Counted from the first letter of the stretch, positions 27,381 to 36,281 are shown. The stretch is DNA of 51,390 nt from Candidatus Woesearchaeota archaeon (GCA_964619325.1 CAZUEL010000001.1:10168-61557); one strand, 5' to 3'. Program-made: numbers and translations. The notes: generated from the letters alone by a model not told the origin.

Positions 27381-27394
27381 AATCATTTCACGAA

Positions 27395-27550
27395 ATGAAA
27401 ACCTGTACCTCATGCAAATCAGACATCACCAATGATAGAGAGGGTACTGGCTTTGCCTGCCCTGCCTGTTCAGAATCAGTTGTAAGATGCGGGCACTGCC
27501 GCAAGACAGGCGCACCATACAAATGTAAGTGCGGATTCGAGGGACCATAG
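27395..27550 (+). CDS. Small zinc-ribbon protein (COG2888-like, commonly next to aEF-1beta)
   Basis: 51 aa, hand-translated: MKTCTSCKSD...FACPACSESVVRCGHCRKTGAPYKCKCGFEGP, with four CxxC-type pairs. Below the ORF-track size cutoff. Confidence 0.7.
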   Translation: MKTCTSCKSDITNDREGTGFACPACSESVVRCGHCRKTGAPYKCKCGFEGP

Positions 27551-27618
27551 TTTCATGCAAACTAAAATTTTAGCCGTTCGTTTAATTTTAGTTGCACCTC
27601 GCCACGGAGGTGGCTCTG

Positions 27619-27894
27619 GTGGCTGAAGTTATAATCAAATTGAGAGTTATGCCAGTTTCACCGGAGTCAGATTTAGCTAAGATAGAGCAATTCTGCCGCG
27701 AGAAGATCGCCGCTGCGGGTGGCAAGCTGCACTCCATCGTCCCAGAGGAGATGGCGTTTGGGCTGAAATCACTTACGTTCACGTTCTTCGGGGATGAGAA
27801 AACGTTGAACCCGGATAAAATAGAGGAAGCGATAAAAACAGATAATCATGTTTCTTCAACTGAAGTGGTTGATGTCAGGCGGGCCCTGGGTTAA
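27619..27894 (+). CDS. Translation elongation factor aEF-1 beta
   Basis: AEVIIKLRVMPVSPESDL...EEMAFGLKSLTFTF...VDVRRA matches the archaeal EF-1beta pattern. I prefer the GTG start at 27619, preceded by GGAGG. The track start is a TTG at 27592. Confidence 0.85.
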   Translation: MAEVIIKLRVMPVSPESDLAKIEQFCREKIAAAGGKLHSIVPEEMAFGLKSLTFTFFGDEKTLNPDKIEEAIKTDNHVSSTEVVDVRRALG

Positions 27895-28441
27895 GCTTTT
27901 CCAGTTCCGAAATAATATTCTGGACTGCTTCTTGTAGCGTGCCAGCATTCTTCACTACAACATTTGCCAGATCTTTCTGCTTTGAGTACTGGCTGAACTC
28001 GGGGTACATACGAGACCACTCTGTTGTTTCCAGCTGTGCCCGCTGGCTTAGCTTAAGTTTTATCTGCTCGGGGTCCTCGCTTGTCTTCAATCTGGCTAGC
28101 TCAACTCTTTTTTCAAAGTCAGCATCAACCCACACTTTCACAACATTCGACATATCTTTGGTTAGAAAAATACCGAGCTTTGCATCAATCACTACATTTC
28201 CAGCAGCTGCTTTTTTCAGAACCCGCGAGTTTAGATGTTCGTGTAGGTCGGTGCTCCTGCCCGCAGTCTGCCAGATTTGTAAAGTAGCATCGAGCTCACT
28301 GTTTGCGGTAGTCGCCAAGCGTTTGAACTCATCGCCAGCAGAAAAGCGAGCCCAGCCATAATGTTTCGCTAATTCATCTGCGATTGCAGACGAGCCTGAC
28401 TTTGACATCGCCGATACAACAATCGTATTAAACCGGAGCAT
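27875..28441 (-). CDS. Archaeal-type cytidylate kinase-like protein with degenerate P-loop
   Basis: Length and layout are like archaeal Cmk (…ADELAKHYGWARFSAGDEFKRLA…NVVIDAKL…). The Walker A position reads SAMSKSGSS and lacks the GxxGxGK(T/S) lysine arrangement. Confidence 0.5.
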   Translation of the reverse strand: MLRFNTIVVSAMSKSGSSAIADELAKHYGWARFSAGDEFKRLATTANSELDATLQIWQTAGRSTDLHEHLNSRVLKKAAAGNVVIDAKLGIFLTKDMSNVVKVWVDADFEKRVELARLKTSEDPEQIKLKLSQRAQLETTEWSRMYPEFSQYSKQKDLANVVVKNAGTLQEAVQNIISELEKLNPGPA

Positions 28442-28486
28442 GGCTTGATAAAACAGTTTTTATTAAAAAAGATTTGTATTGTCTAA

Positions 28487-31400
28487 TTAAGAGTTTTGAA
28501 TATCCTGCAGCTGTCCACGTATCCATGCAAGCCATTGGTCTAGTGTTTCCTTATCCATCTGCCCACCCTCCCAACTGTGAACCGCCCAATCGCGGATGGC
28601 GTACAAATGCTCTCTCGTATATGGCTCTTGCGACTCTCGAGTTGCTGTCGCCTCGACTTCTTGCACATCTGCCTCCGGCGGTGGCACATCTTGGTGCTCT
28701 GTCATTGGCTGGGCAGCCAACTGCGGCCAGCCTGCCCGTAGCTCGCTCTGTTGCCAGGCCTGCGGCTGTGGTGAATACACCAACGGACCTGGTGGCGACC
28801 ATTGCTCCCTCTGAGGCCATGCAAACTGCTGCTGTTTTCTCTTCCTGCGGCCATATTCATAAACTCCAAGGCCGGCTGCGCCACCCCCGCCAACAAGTCC
28901 ACCTAATATTAGTGCAAGCGGCAGCTCCTGTTTGTTATTGTTCGGCTTCTTTGCGGTTGCTTCAATATACGCGCGCTCGAATTCATCGCCTGTTATTATT
29001 GGTTTAATGTTAAATGCAACGGGCTTAGCATTAACCCTATCAATAAATACATTCAATGCGCTGGCGCTTCCGTTCGCGACTAAATTCCAGTTGGGTGTTA
29101 CTTCTATGACTTCACCCTGCTTTATTGGAATATCATCCAAAGTAAAGTTCGCAAACCGGCCATTTGTCTGCCCCATTAAGTAACCGCGTAAGTCAAAAGT
29201 CCCATTCGCCGTACCAACCAGCTTGACTTTTGGTTCCACCGGCAAACTAGATGCGATCAGTGCAAAGTGGCTGTCAACTGCGGATCGCGGAATCTCTCGA
29301 CTAGTAGTATTAGACACTTTGCCGTCGAGCTGTAGGGACATATCTGCGGGGCTACCAAGCTCAAAGAGGACTGCATATGCATTAGATAATGTCTTTGTTA
29401 GTATAGAATCTGGATTTCTGTATTCTGGCAACAACCATGGCGCGACAGGTGGCGGGCTAGTAATATTAGCAATTCCATGCAGCCCATTGGCTTTGTATTC
29501 GCCATTAAGGTTAACATCTCCATTATTTATTATTGCACTTAAGTCCACTAACGCGGTGTTGCCGCGATTCAAGACCAAACCCCGGCCATCCCTCCAGACT
29601 GGCGCAGCTGGATTTATGTCGAAGCCGAGCTCGCCCGAACGCCACTGGCCTGCCGCAACAAGTTCTGAAACATTGCTAACATCTTTCTGCTGCCAGACAG
29701 AGTCCCACAATGGAATTGCATGGTCGCGGACCGCAAAGTGGAATGGCTTGCCCGTACTCTTATTCACCCAAACCGCAGAAACCAGCCAGTCATGTTCGTG
29801 ATAGAATGAATCTTCAAACTTACCATAGCCAGAATTTTCAGTTCTATAATAAAAATACATGAACACTTGATGGTCTTGGTAATCCGCCACGTGGGTAAAC
29901 ACCGGATATGCACCATTTAATTTGAATTTCTCCTTGCCTCCGGTGTAGTTATAAAATCGATCAAAGTTAAACGCATTGTTCGTAACATCATTGTCATCGC
30001 CCTGGCCAGCCACCACTCTCGGTAGTGCTGGGTTATGGAACGCAACACTTTGTGTCTCAGGCCGACTGTCAAACTTTATCGTCGGCATAAAATTTGCTAT
30101 GAGTACATCCAGGCCGCTGTCAAGGCCTTTAAAATTGCCAAAGCGCAATCTTTCGGGTTCAGTCCAGGCAACCATATTTTTATTTAATTTAAAACCATCG
30201 CTGCCGTAGCAACCAACATAGTTTGAAAGCATTGTTGCATTACCATTACGCACTAATACTTCGTCAGTACAAGCTCGATAAATTATGTATGTGCTAGCCT
30301 CAAGCGGGAGAAATTCTGTGAGGTCGCGTTCGATCACTCTACTTCTACCAGTTGTTGTATCCAAATGAATGAGTGAATTATTTCTCATTGCTAAAATGTT
30401 ACTGCCTTCGAAAAACGGAACGTTCTTAGCATCTAGTGGATTATAAACTAAATCAATATTTGCCACAAGTTGTCCATTAAGCATGTCTAAAACCGAGAGC
30501 GAATTAATCACATCGTAGGCAACAATCGCCTTGCCTGCTTGTGTGTTAATAAATACACCATCGAATGCACCGCCGCTAATTGATACCGGTACTCCAAAAC
30601 GCGAGACCAGTTGGCCATCGAATTTTAGTAGCGTCAAATCCCGCTCGCTGCTCCCGTTATTTAGGCTGCCACCAAATATCAAATTACCTGCATTGTCATT
30701 GTAGCCCTGTAATGGTAATTTAACTTTTTTAATTGGTAATCCGGTGACAAATACACTATCTCGCCTGAATAAGTTGACCCCCTGTGGGAGCGGTACGTTC
30801 GCCTTCCACGTTCTACTTGAAAAGTCATACGTTGCTAACCCGCCAATGGCTTGTCCAGGCGATACATTTGCAAATAGGATTGTATCACGCCACTGGGCTA
30901 TTGGGTCATATCTGGCATCTGTTTCCAAAAGTCTGCTGCCATTATTATCGAATAAATATCTCATTTCGCCAGCCGGTGTTTCTGCAGCCACAACAAAACC
31001 ATCATCAAAGAATCTCAAAACCTTGCCACAGGTGTTATCTAGAATGAGACTGGTCTTTAAAGAATTTAGAGTAATTCTTTTCAACAGCGTGGCATCACTG
31101 CCGTTCCACTTTGCGCAATAAACTAAATTGCTACCATCTGCGCCGAACAAGTCTTTAGCGTCTGAGATTGACGTAATAAGACTGCCATTCACACCGTATA
31201 CAAATATACGTCCAAGCCCAAGCGTTGAAACTGCAACGAAATTATCCCCAAGCTCAACTTTTGCATTGCCTTGATCTATTGGCACGGTATGAACCGAATG
31301 TAGCGCCGCATTAAAATCCCCTGCAACATCGCTGGCGTTCTTTCCCTCTGGCCAGCTAACCTCGGCTGCTGCGCCCCAGTCAGATCCATCACCAAGAATA

Positions 31401-32092
31401 TAATCAAGTGTGTGCAAAGCCGCGGCTGCTGCCGCACCAACCATCAAGGCTGAAGCTCCAACACTTGCAGCTTTTTTTGCAACGCTCGTTTCTTTTTCTA
31501 GCTCTGCGGGCGCCCCTGATAGGTTCCAAAACTTACTAACAACATCATAAAGCCAGGTTGTAGCTGGCAGGCCGTGCCTATCTGCATAACCTATTTTTGC
31601 ATTAAGTATTGCCTGATACAATCGCGGCGCCCTTTTGCGAAGCAGTCCAGAGAAACGATGATAGACTTCAGTAAACCTTGAATTTGCCACGGCTGGTTTT
31701 AGTATATCTGCAAACGTTTCAAGTAGTGTATCCTCGAGGCCTGCGAGTTCATGCCTTGTGACATCCAATACTTTTCCAGCAGGCAGTACTATTCCCCATG
31801 CAATTTTATCGATTAACTGCGGCAGTCTTTCCCGGAGTTCTGGCAATTCTCCATAAAATGCGTCATAGCTACCTGCAAAATGTGGCTCTCCAGTATCACG
31901 CGCGTAAATCTCTACTTCTGTTGGCGTGGCCTTAGTTCCATTGAATTTATACATAACATCTACTACGCAGTCTCCGACAGTAAACGTATGAACAATGTCG
32001 TGCCTGCCAGCAGCCAAATCTGCCTTCGCTCGTGCATACCGCCTCGCGGCGGTTTCGAGGCTTACTAGCTTCTGACTTAGCTCGTTTGTCAT
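28487..32092 (-). CDS. Giant (~1200 aa) surface protein with two TM helices and both termini predicted cytoplasmic
   Basis: About 220-aa N-terminal soluble domain, then Ala-rich TM SVGASALMVGAAAAAALHTL. An ~800-aa beta-rich region with many N-x-S/T sequons follows, then TM LPLALILGGLVGGGGAAGLGVY and RRKRK plus a P/Q/W-rich tail. ATG 32092 lies about 26 nt from the palindromic TATA. The ATG at 32125 lies inside that TATA. Confidence 0.75.
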   Translation of the reverse strand: MTNELSQKLVSLETAARRYARAKADLAAGRHDIVHTFTVGDCVVDVMYKFNGTKATPTEVEIYARDTGEPHFAGSYDAFYGELPELRERLPQLIDKIAWGIVLPAGKVLDVTRHELAGLEDTLLETFADILKPAVANSRFTEVYHRFSGLLRKRAPRLYQAILNAKIGYADRHGLPATTWLYDVVSKFWNLSGAPAELEKETSVAKKAASVGASALMVGAAAAAALHTLDYILGDGSDWGAAAEVSWPEGKNASDVAGDFNAALHSVHTVPIDQGNAKVELGDNFVAVSTLGLGRIFVYGVNGSLITSISDAKDLFGADGSNLVYCAKWNGSDATLLKRITLNSLKTSLILDNTCGKVLRFFDDGFVVAAETPAGEMRYLFDNNGSRLLETDARYDPIAQWRDTILFANVSPGQAIGGLATYDFSSRTWKANVPLPQGVNLFRRDSVFVTGLPIKKVKLPLQGYNDNAGNLIFGGSLNNGSSERDLTLLKFDGQLVSRFGVPVSISGGAFDGVFINTQAGKAIVAYDVINSLSVLDMLNGQLVANIDLVYNPLDAKNVPFFEGSNILAMRNNSLIHLDTTTGRSRVIERDLTEFLPLEASTYIIYRACTDEVLVRNGNATMLSNYVGCYGSDGFKLNKNMVAWTEPERLRFGNFKGLDSGLDVLIANFMPTIKFDSRPETQSVAFHNPALPRVVAGQGDDNDVTNNAFNFDRFYNYTGGKEKFKLNGAYPVFTHVADYQDHQVFMYFYYRTENSGYGKFEDSFYHEHDWLVSAVWVNKSTGKPFHFAVRDHAIPLWDSVWQQKDVSNVSELVAAGQWRSGELGFDINPAAPVWRDGRGLVLNRGNTALVDLSAIINNGDVNLNGEYKANGLHGIANITSPPPVAPWLLPEYRNPDSILTKTLSNAYAVLFELGSPADMSLQLDGKVSNTTSREIPRSAVDSHFALIASSLPVEPKVKLVGTANGTFDLRGYLMGQTNGRFANFTLDDIPIKQGEVIEVTPNWNLVANGSASALNVFIDRVNAKPVAFNIKPIITGDEFERAYIEATAKKPNNNKQELPLALILGGLVGGGGAAGLGVYEYGRRKRKQQQFAWPQREQWSPPGPLVYSPQPQAWQQSELRAGWPQLAAQPMTEHQDVPPPEADVQEVEATATRESQEPYTREHLYAIRDWAVHSWEGGQMDKETLDQWLAWIRGQLQDIQNS

Positions 32093-32114
32093 TCCCGTCC
32101 ATGGCACGAAAAGG

Positions 32115-32122
32115 TTTATAAA
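32115..32122. promoter_or_regulatory. Palindromic TATA box shared by the divergent giant-protein and pilin-like genes
   Basis: TTTATAAA is centred about 26 nt from ATG 32092 (minus strand). On the plus strand it lies about 27 nt upstream of the AGAGG-ATG region at 32146-32157. Confidence 0.5.
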
Positions 32123-32154
32123 CATCTCGCTGCTTATTCAGCTTAAGAGGTAAA

Positions 32155-32634
32155 ATGATGGCCACGAAAGGACAGGGCTTGCCACTAAACTTAATAGTTT
32201 TAGCAATAATTGCAGCGCTAGTTTTAGTGCTGGTAATCGCATTCACTGTTGGTGGCGGTGGCGCAGCATTCAGCAGGATTTTCAAGGTCGGCTCGACGGC
32301 AGTCGGAGAGGATATCGACTCTGTCCGAGCAGTATGCAGGAATGCATGTTCAAATGCAGAGCTAAGTGTACAAAGTGCACCACAGTGGCCGAGCGCGGAG
32401 TACTGCAAAAAGGGGTTTAACATAGACAGAAACGGCGATGGGAAGATTGAAGATACGGTTGCCGGCGGCGCGACAACAAAAGAACGCAGCATAAGGTGTT
32501 GGGACGAGCCAGTGTCGGTTAGTTGCCAGTTTTCAACCACCGGAACAACCTCGCTATTAGTGAAAAGCCCGGATACAATACTTACAAAGGTTGACAAATC
32601 AAAGTGTGATACCGAAGACGTGACTGCAAGCTAA
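32155..32634 (+). CDS. Pilin-like protein with class III signal peptide and EF-hand-like loop
   Basis: MMATKGQ-GLPLNLIVLAIIAALVLVLVIAF. Cys pairs CRNAC...YC. DRNGDGKIEDTV loop (32425-32460), then RCWDEPVSVSC. Confidence 0.7.
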   Translation: MMATKGQGLPLNLIVLAIIAALVLVLVIAFTVGGGGAAFSRIFKVGSTAVGEDIDSVRAVCRNACSNAELSVQSAPQWPSAEYCKKGFNIDRNGDGKIEDTVAGGATTKERSIRCWDEPVSVSCQFSTTGTTSLLVKSPDTILTKVDKSKCDTEDVTAS

Positions 32635-32635
32635 A

Positions 32636-33031
32636 ATGAAGCGTGGTGTTATAACATTTGATGTTATTGTGTATGCCATAATTGCAATTGTTCTGTTAGC
32701 AGTTGTTCTATTTTTCATTTCCGGTCCCGTAAGTGCGAGTTTCAAGCAGGCAAAGGCAGCTTCGGAGCCTACAGAAGGCGATGTAGTTGCTGCACAAAGC
32801 AGGTGCAACCAATACTGCCTGCAAGCCGGCAGTTTAAGCAATTCGGAATTCTGGCAGCGCTCGTCCTACTGTACAATAACCTCTGCATTTGATAAAAATA
32901 AAGATGGGCGAATTTCAGCAGACGAAAAAATTAATTGCTGGCAAGCACCAATACTAGTGGACTGCTCGACTAAGATAAGTGGAATATCTGTCGATCAAAA
33001 TAGCTGTCAACCGGCTGTTGTTGTTCCTTAA
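32636..33031 (+). CDS. Pilin-like protein with class III signal peptide and canonical EF-hand loop (paralog of previous)
   Basis: MKRG-VITFDVIVYAIIAIVLLAVV. CNQYC...YC. DKNKDGRISADE (32891-32926) fits D-x-N-x-D-G-x-I-x-x-x-E. Followed by NCWQAPILVDC. Confidence 0.7.
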   Translation: MKRGVITFDVIVYAIIAIVLLAVVLFFISGPVSASFKQAKAASEPTEGDVVAAQSRCNQYCLQAGSLSNSEFWQRSSYCTITSAFDKNKDGRISADEKINCWQAPILVDCSTKISGISVDQNSCQPAVVVP

Positions 33032-33078
33032 CAAAATTATTCGCCCAGTCATTGACACACATACAAGGCATGCATAAT

Positions 33079-34482
33079 TTAGGTGGTAGGGTTCAAGAAT
33101 GACATTACAAGTTCTTCCGTATCAAAAATTAAGCCTATCTGCGCGGTGGAAGAGTCCGCTGGCGTAGCAAGCAGATATGCAACGTGCCAGGCATCGCCAT
33201 CTTTGATCTCTGGAGCCACGAGGCCCTTTAACCAAAGTTGATTTGAGTAACCACAGCGTGGCTGGCAGGCCCCCGGATCGGTACACTCATTATTCTCTAG
33301 CGTACTGCATAGGTTTGTCTGTTCCATAACTCGCGTAATGTCTGCTTCAGTTATTTTTAAATCACCAATGTTTTCTATCTTTGCTTTGAAACACGCGTGA
33401 TTCGAATGTGCGCGGGCGTTGTCTTCTGCGCCTGCACCGTAAGTTAACCAACAATCTGCAGCAAGATTCGCAAGCTGTGCTGCCCCGCAAGAAACCCTAT
33501 CGCCCTCATCCGCCGCTTGCGTATTTGATGCTACGGGAGTAGTTTCCCCAACTAGTTGTGGCATAGAACTTTGCGCCCGTAATTGTGAGCTGGGCTTCCA
33601 GCCATAACTACCATCAGGATCGCAGGCAGACCAGTCACTGGCGCTGATCGTTACCTCGGTCTCACTATCTTCTGTAGCCTTGGCTCTGCTCGCAAAAGTT
33701 GATATCACTTCAACTGAGTCCGCGGGTAAATTACCTAAATCACAGCCGAAATCATTTATCAAAACAGCATCCTCCCAGCTCGCCCGTTCGTCAAAACACA
33801 TGACGTTATATTTTGACCTAACTACGTTTGGCCAAATCAGTGAGATTGGGCCATTATCTTTAGTATGAACATTTCCACGCCATACGACATTCTCAGAATT
33901 ACCGCAATATATTGGACAGCTGCCCCATGGATCTGTTATAGTACCTGACCCGCCACAATACTTATTGTTGAATCGGCTCGCTTCAGTACAATAACCAAGT
34001 GTATCCATGCCCTTAGTAAAATCAAGTTCCGAGAATTCTCGATTAGCCAACCCTTTGATCGCAAACGAGAAGCATGGGTACTTACCAGTTTCGTGGGCAC
34101 TAAGCTTCCATGTATCTTCACCATACATATAAAAGCACGTTTTTGCTAACTGTGCAATCTGTATTTTCGCACAATTGAATTTATCTTTGTTTTTTTTCAA
34201 ACTGAGAGCTTCATCCGGGTCACATTTCTTCCATGCGCCCGCGTCTATATCTAAAGATTGCGCGTGGCAGAATAGATTTACGACCGCCCACTTTGTTCCA
34301 ACAGGTGCCTGATTTTTGACGTGCATATTAAACCGACATAAATCAGTCAGCGATTGAGATATGCCTGGGCCGCCAACCGCTTCTGCGATCGGCGCAAAAA
34401 CACTAATTATTAGTACACCAACAACTATCGCTACTATTATAACTGCGAGCAGCGTGGTGGTTATACCTTTCCTTGACATCAT
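33079..34482 (-). CDS. Large Cys-rich pilin-like protein (class III signal peptide, internal duplication)
   Basis: MMSRKG-ITTTLLAVIIVAIVVGVLII. About 20 Cys by hand count. Two related modules (LAKTCFYMYGE...CFSFAIKGL... and LAADCWLTYGA...CFKAKIENI...). Confidence 0.7.
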   Translation of the reverse strand: MMSRKGITTTLLAVIIVAIVVGVLIISVFAPIAEAVGGPGISQSLTDLCRFNMHVKNQAPVGTKWAVVNLFCHAQSLDIDAGAWKKCDPDEALSLKKNKDKFNCAKIQIAQLAKTCFYMYGEDTWKLSAHETGKYPCFSFAIKGLANREFSELDFTKGMDTLGYCTEASRFNNKYCGGSGTITDPWGSCPIYCGNSENVVWRGNVHTKDNGPISLIWPNVVRSKYNVMCFDERASWEDAVLINDFGCDLGNLPADSVEVISTFASRAKATEDSETEVTISASDWSACDPDGSYGWKPSSQLRAQSSMPQLVGETTPVASNTQAADEGDRVSCGAAQLANLAADCWLTYGAGAEDNARAHSNHACFKAKIENIGDLKITEADITRVMEQTNLCSTLENNECTDPGACQPRCGYSNQLWLKGLVAPEIKDGDAWHVAYLLATPADSSTAQIGLIFDTEELVMSFLNPTT

Positions 34483-35165
34483 CTGCCTGAGGCCTCCTTA
34501 AAGTTTTTGTAATTGTCACATGTTACTGCTATTTTAATGTTTGCGCCGCCTGCTGCCATGAGCGAAGGCACATCGACAATATCCCAACAAGAATCTGCTA
34601 TTTTCTTTCCGTTTTCGGTTCTACCAGAACATATTTTATTTTCGCCAAAGCAAAATAATTTTCCGCCGGTATTTGTGCATTCTAGACCAGTTGCATCCAC
34701 CTGTCCCGGTGTGGCAATTCGTTCCTTCTGACCTATCCCTGACACTTGAATGTTTCGTGCAGAGCCCAAAATCTCAATCTGATTTTGCGAAACTATTGTC
34801 TGGAAATCATATGCGGGCGGTAAGTCTACTATGTGCATACCCGTGCTCAGGTTCACGCCCAAGAACTGGCGCATATTTGATGTTAGCTTTGCATCAAATT
34901 CCTCTTTATTCAAGGTTGAAAAGCAGCCTGCGGGCCGCGAGTCATCAAGCGCACTGTATGCCGCATACTTCACAGCATTTTCTAGGTATGCTCTTGCGCC
35001 TTCAAGTTCGTAGTAGCTTTTCAGTGCCATTGATTGTTTTAATCCAATGCTTGCGGTAAATTCGAAGTCACTGGCCTGCTTGCCGCCAAGCAATGCAATC
35101 ACACCGATTATTACTAGCAGCTCTATGAAGGCGAGCTGTCCCTTTCTGTTTCTTAAATCAAACAT
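34479..35165 (-). CDS. Pilin-like protein (class III signal peptide, KGQ type)
   Basis: MFDLRNRKGQ-LAFIELLVIIGVIALLGG. ATG 35165 lies 1 nt after the upstream stop. Its stop overlaps the next ATG (ATGATG/TGA). Confidence 0.7.
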   Translation of the reverse strand: MFDLRNRKGQLAFIELLVIIGVIALLGGKQASDFEFTASIGLKQSMALKSYYELEGARAYLENAVKYAAYSALDDSRPAGCFSTLNKEEFDAKLTSNMRQFLGVNLSTGMHIVDLPPAYDFQTIVSQNQIEILGSARNIQVSGIGQKERIATPGQVDATGLECTNTGGKLFCFGENKICSGRTENGKKIADSCWDIVDVPSLMAAGGANIKIAVTCDNYKNFKEASGR

Positions 35166-35166
35166 C

Positions 35167-35730
35167 TTAGTGCTCCAACGCCAATTCAATGCTTATTGGC
35201 AATTCTGGCTCACGCGATGGAACCGTTTTTGAACAAATATCGAGCTCGGATGCTTTTTCCAGCGTACCAAATATGCGCGGCGCCCCAATGTCTTTTACAG
35301 TTATGCGCCACTGGCTTGGGGAATTATCCCATCTCCGGTAGTTATTATTCATAAAGACGGTTGTGGCGTCTTCGAACTTTTTTGCATACGCGGGATTATC
35401 TGATGCGATTGCAAGCAATTCTGCAAACGTAAATGTTCTCTCAAAAGATGACTGCGCGGCTGTGATGCCGTGGAGGCTCGGTAGGCTTTGCGTATCACCG
35501 TCTAATACAGCACCAGAATCTGCGCGCAGGAAATTTATCAGGCCAATATCACACACTCGCGATACAGATACTTCCTCTATTTTTGCTTTTATGCTAATAT
35601 CTGAACTAGCATGATTGAAAACTGTGAGGGCCAGCCCAATTATTAGTAACACTATTACAACACCAATTATCTCCGGAATATGTTCTGCAAACACGCCGCC
35701 GCGCTTGTTTAGTTTAAACACACCTATCAC
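35167..35730 (-). CDS. Pilin-like protein (class III signal peptide)
   Basis: (GTG start) IGVFKLNKRGG-VFAEHIPEIIGVVIVLLIIGLAL. Overlaps the upstream gene by 17 nt. Confidence 0.65.
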   Translation of the reverse strand: MIGVFKLNKRGGVFAEHIPEIIGVVIVLLIIGLALTVFNHASSDISIKAKIEEVSVSRVCDIGLINFLRADSGAVLDGDTQSLPSLHGITAAQSSFERTFTFAELLAIASDNPAYAKKFEDATTVFMNNNYRRWDNSPSQWRITVKDIGAPRIFGTLEKASELDICSKTVPSREPELPISIELALEH

Positions 35731-36280
35731 CCTCTGACATATTTATTGCAATTTTTATACGCCCATCGCTAAACTTTCCATTTTCAAAGAATTTTACTAT
35801 GTATGTTTCTACAAACGAAGTTTTAAGATTTTGCAGGCCTATACTTGCCTTTTTATCACCTAACGCGCCATAGGCTTCAACCACAAACCTATCTGTTTCG
35901 AGACAGCTTCTTACTCTTGTTCCACCATCTGCAGAAGTAAGTTTAGCTAAATCAATTATGCCTGCGCGGACTTGGTGCTTTTGCGCTGAAGAAACGGCGG
36001 AATCAAACCAAGTTTTGCTGCCGTACAAAATATCGCCGCTTGGCAGGCCTCCAACCGGTTCTTCCCATGCCAGGCAAGTTGCAGAATTTATCACTCGCGC
36101 GGCGAGCAGCGTGAACTCGATATTTTTTGTGTGGCAGGTTTTTTCAACAGTAATGTTTTCAGCAAATCTATTCACACCCATTATCGCAGCCAACAATATC
36201 AGCATACATACGAATACATAAACAATGACCTGGTTTACTTCCGTCTCCTCCGACTGGCCTTTTTTTCCAACAAATATCAT
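35714..36280 (-). CDS. Pilin-like protein (class III signal peptide, KGQ type)
   Basis: MIFVGKKGQ-SEETEVNQVIVYVFVCMLILLAAIMG. Confidence 0.6.
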   Translation of the reverse strand: MIFVGKKGQSEETEVNQVIVYVFVCMLILLAAIMGVNRFAENITVEKTCHTKNIEFTLLAARVINSATCLAWEEPVGGLPSGDILYGSKTWFDSAVSSAQKHQVRAGIIDLAKLTSADGGTRVRSCLETDRFVVEAYGALGDKKASIGLQNLKTSFVETYIVKFFENGKFSDGRIKIAINMSEGDRCV

Positions 36281-36281
36281 T

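Noticed and set aside
28474-29801. Plus-strand ORFs (177, 83 and 192 aa, and others) overlapping the giant minus-strand gene
   Set aside because: They lie antisense to a 3.6-kb uninterrupted ORF. Their translations are low-complexity (A/P/S/L/R-rich) with no motifs, as is typical of shadow ORFs.
31947-32597. 216-aa minus-strand ORF spanning the divergent promoter and the first pilin-like gene
   Set aside because: It would run through the TATA box and both real gene starts. The plus-strand ORF has a class III signal peptide and a conserved paralog next door.
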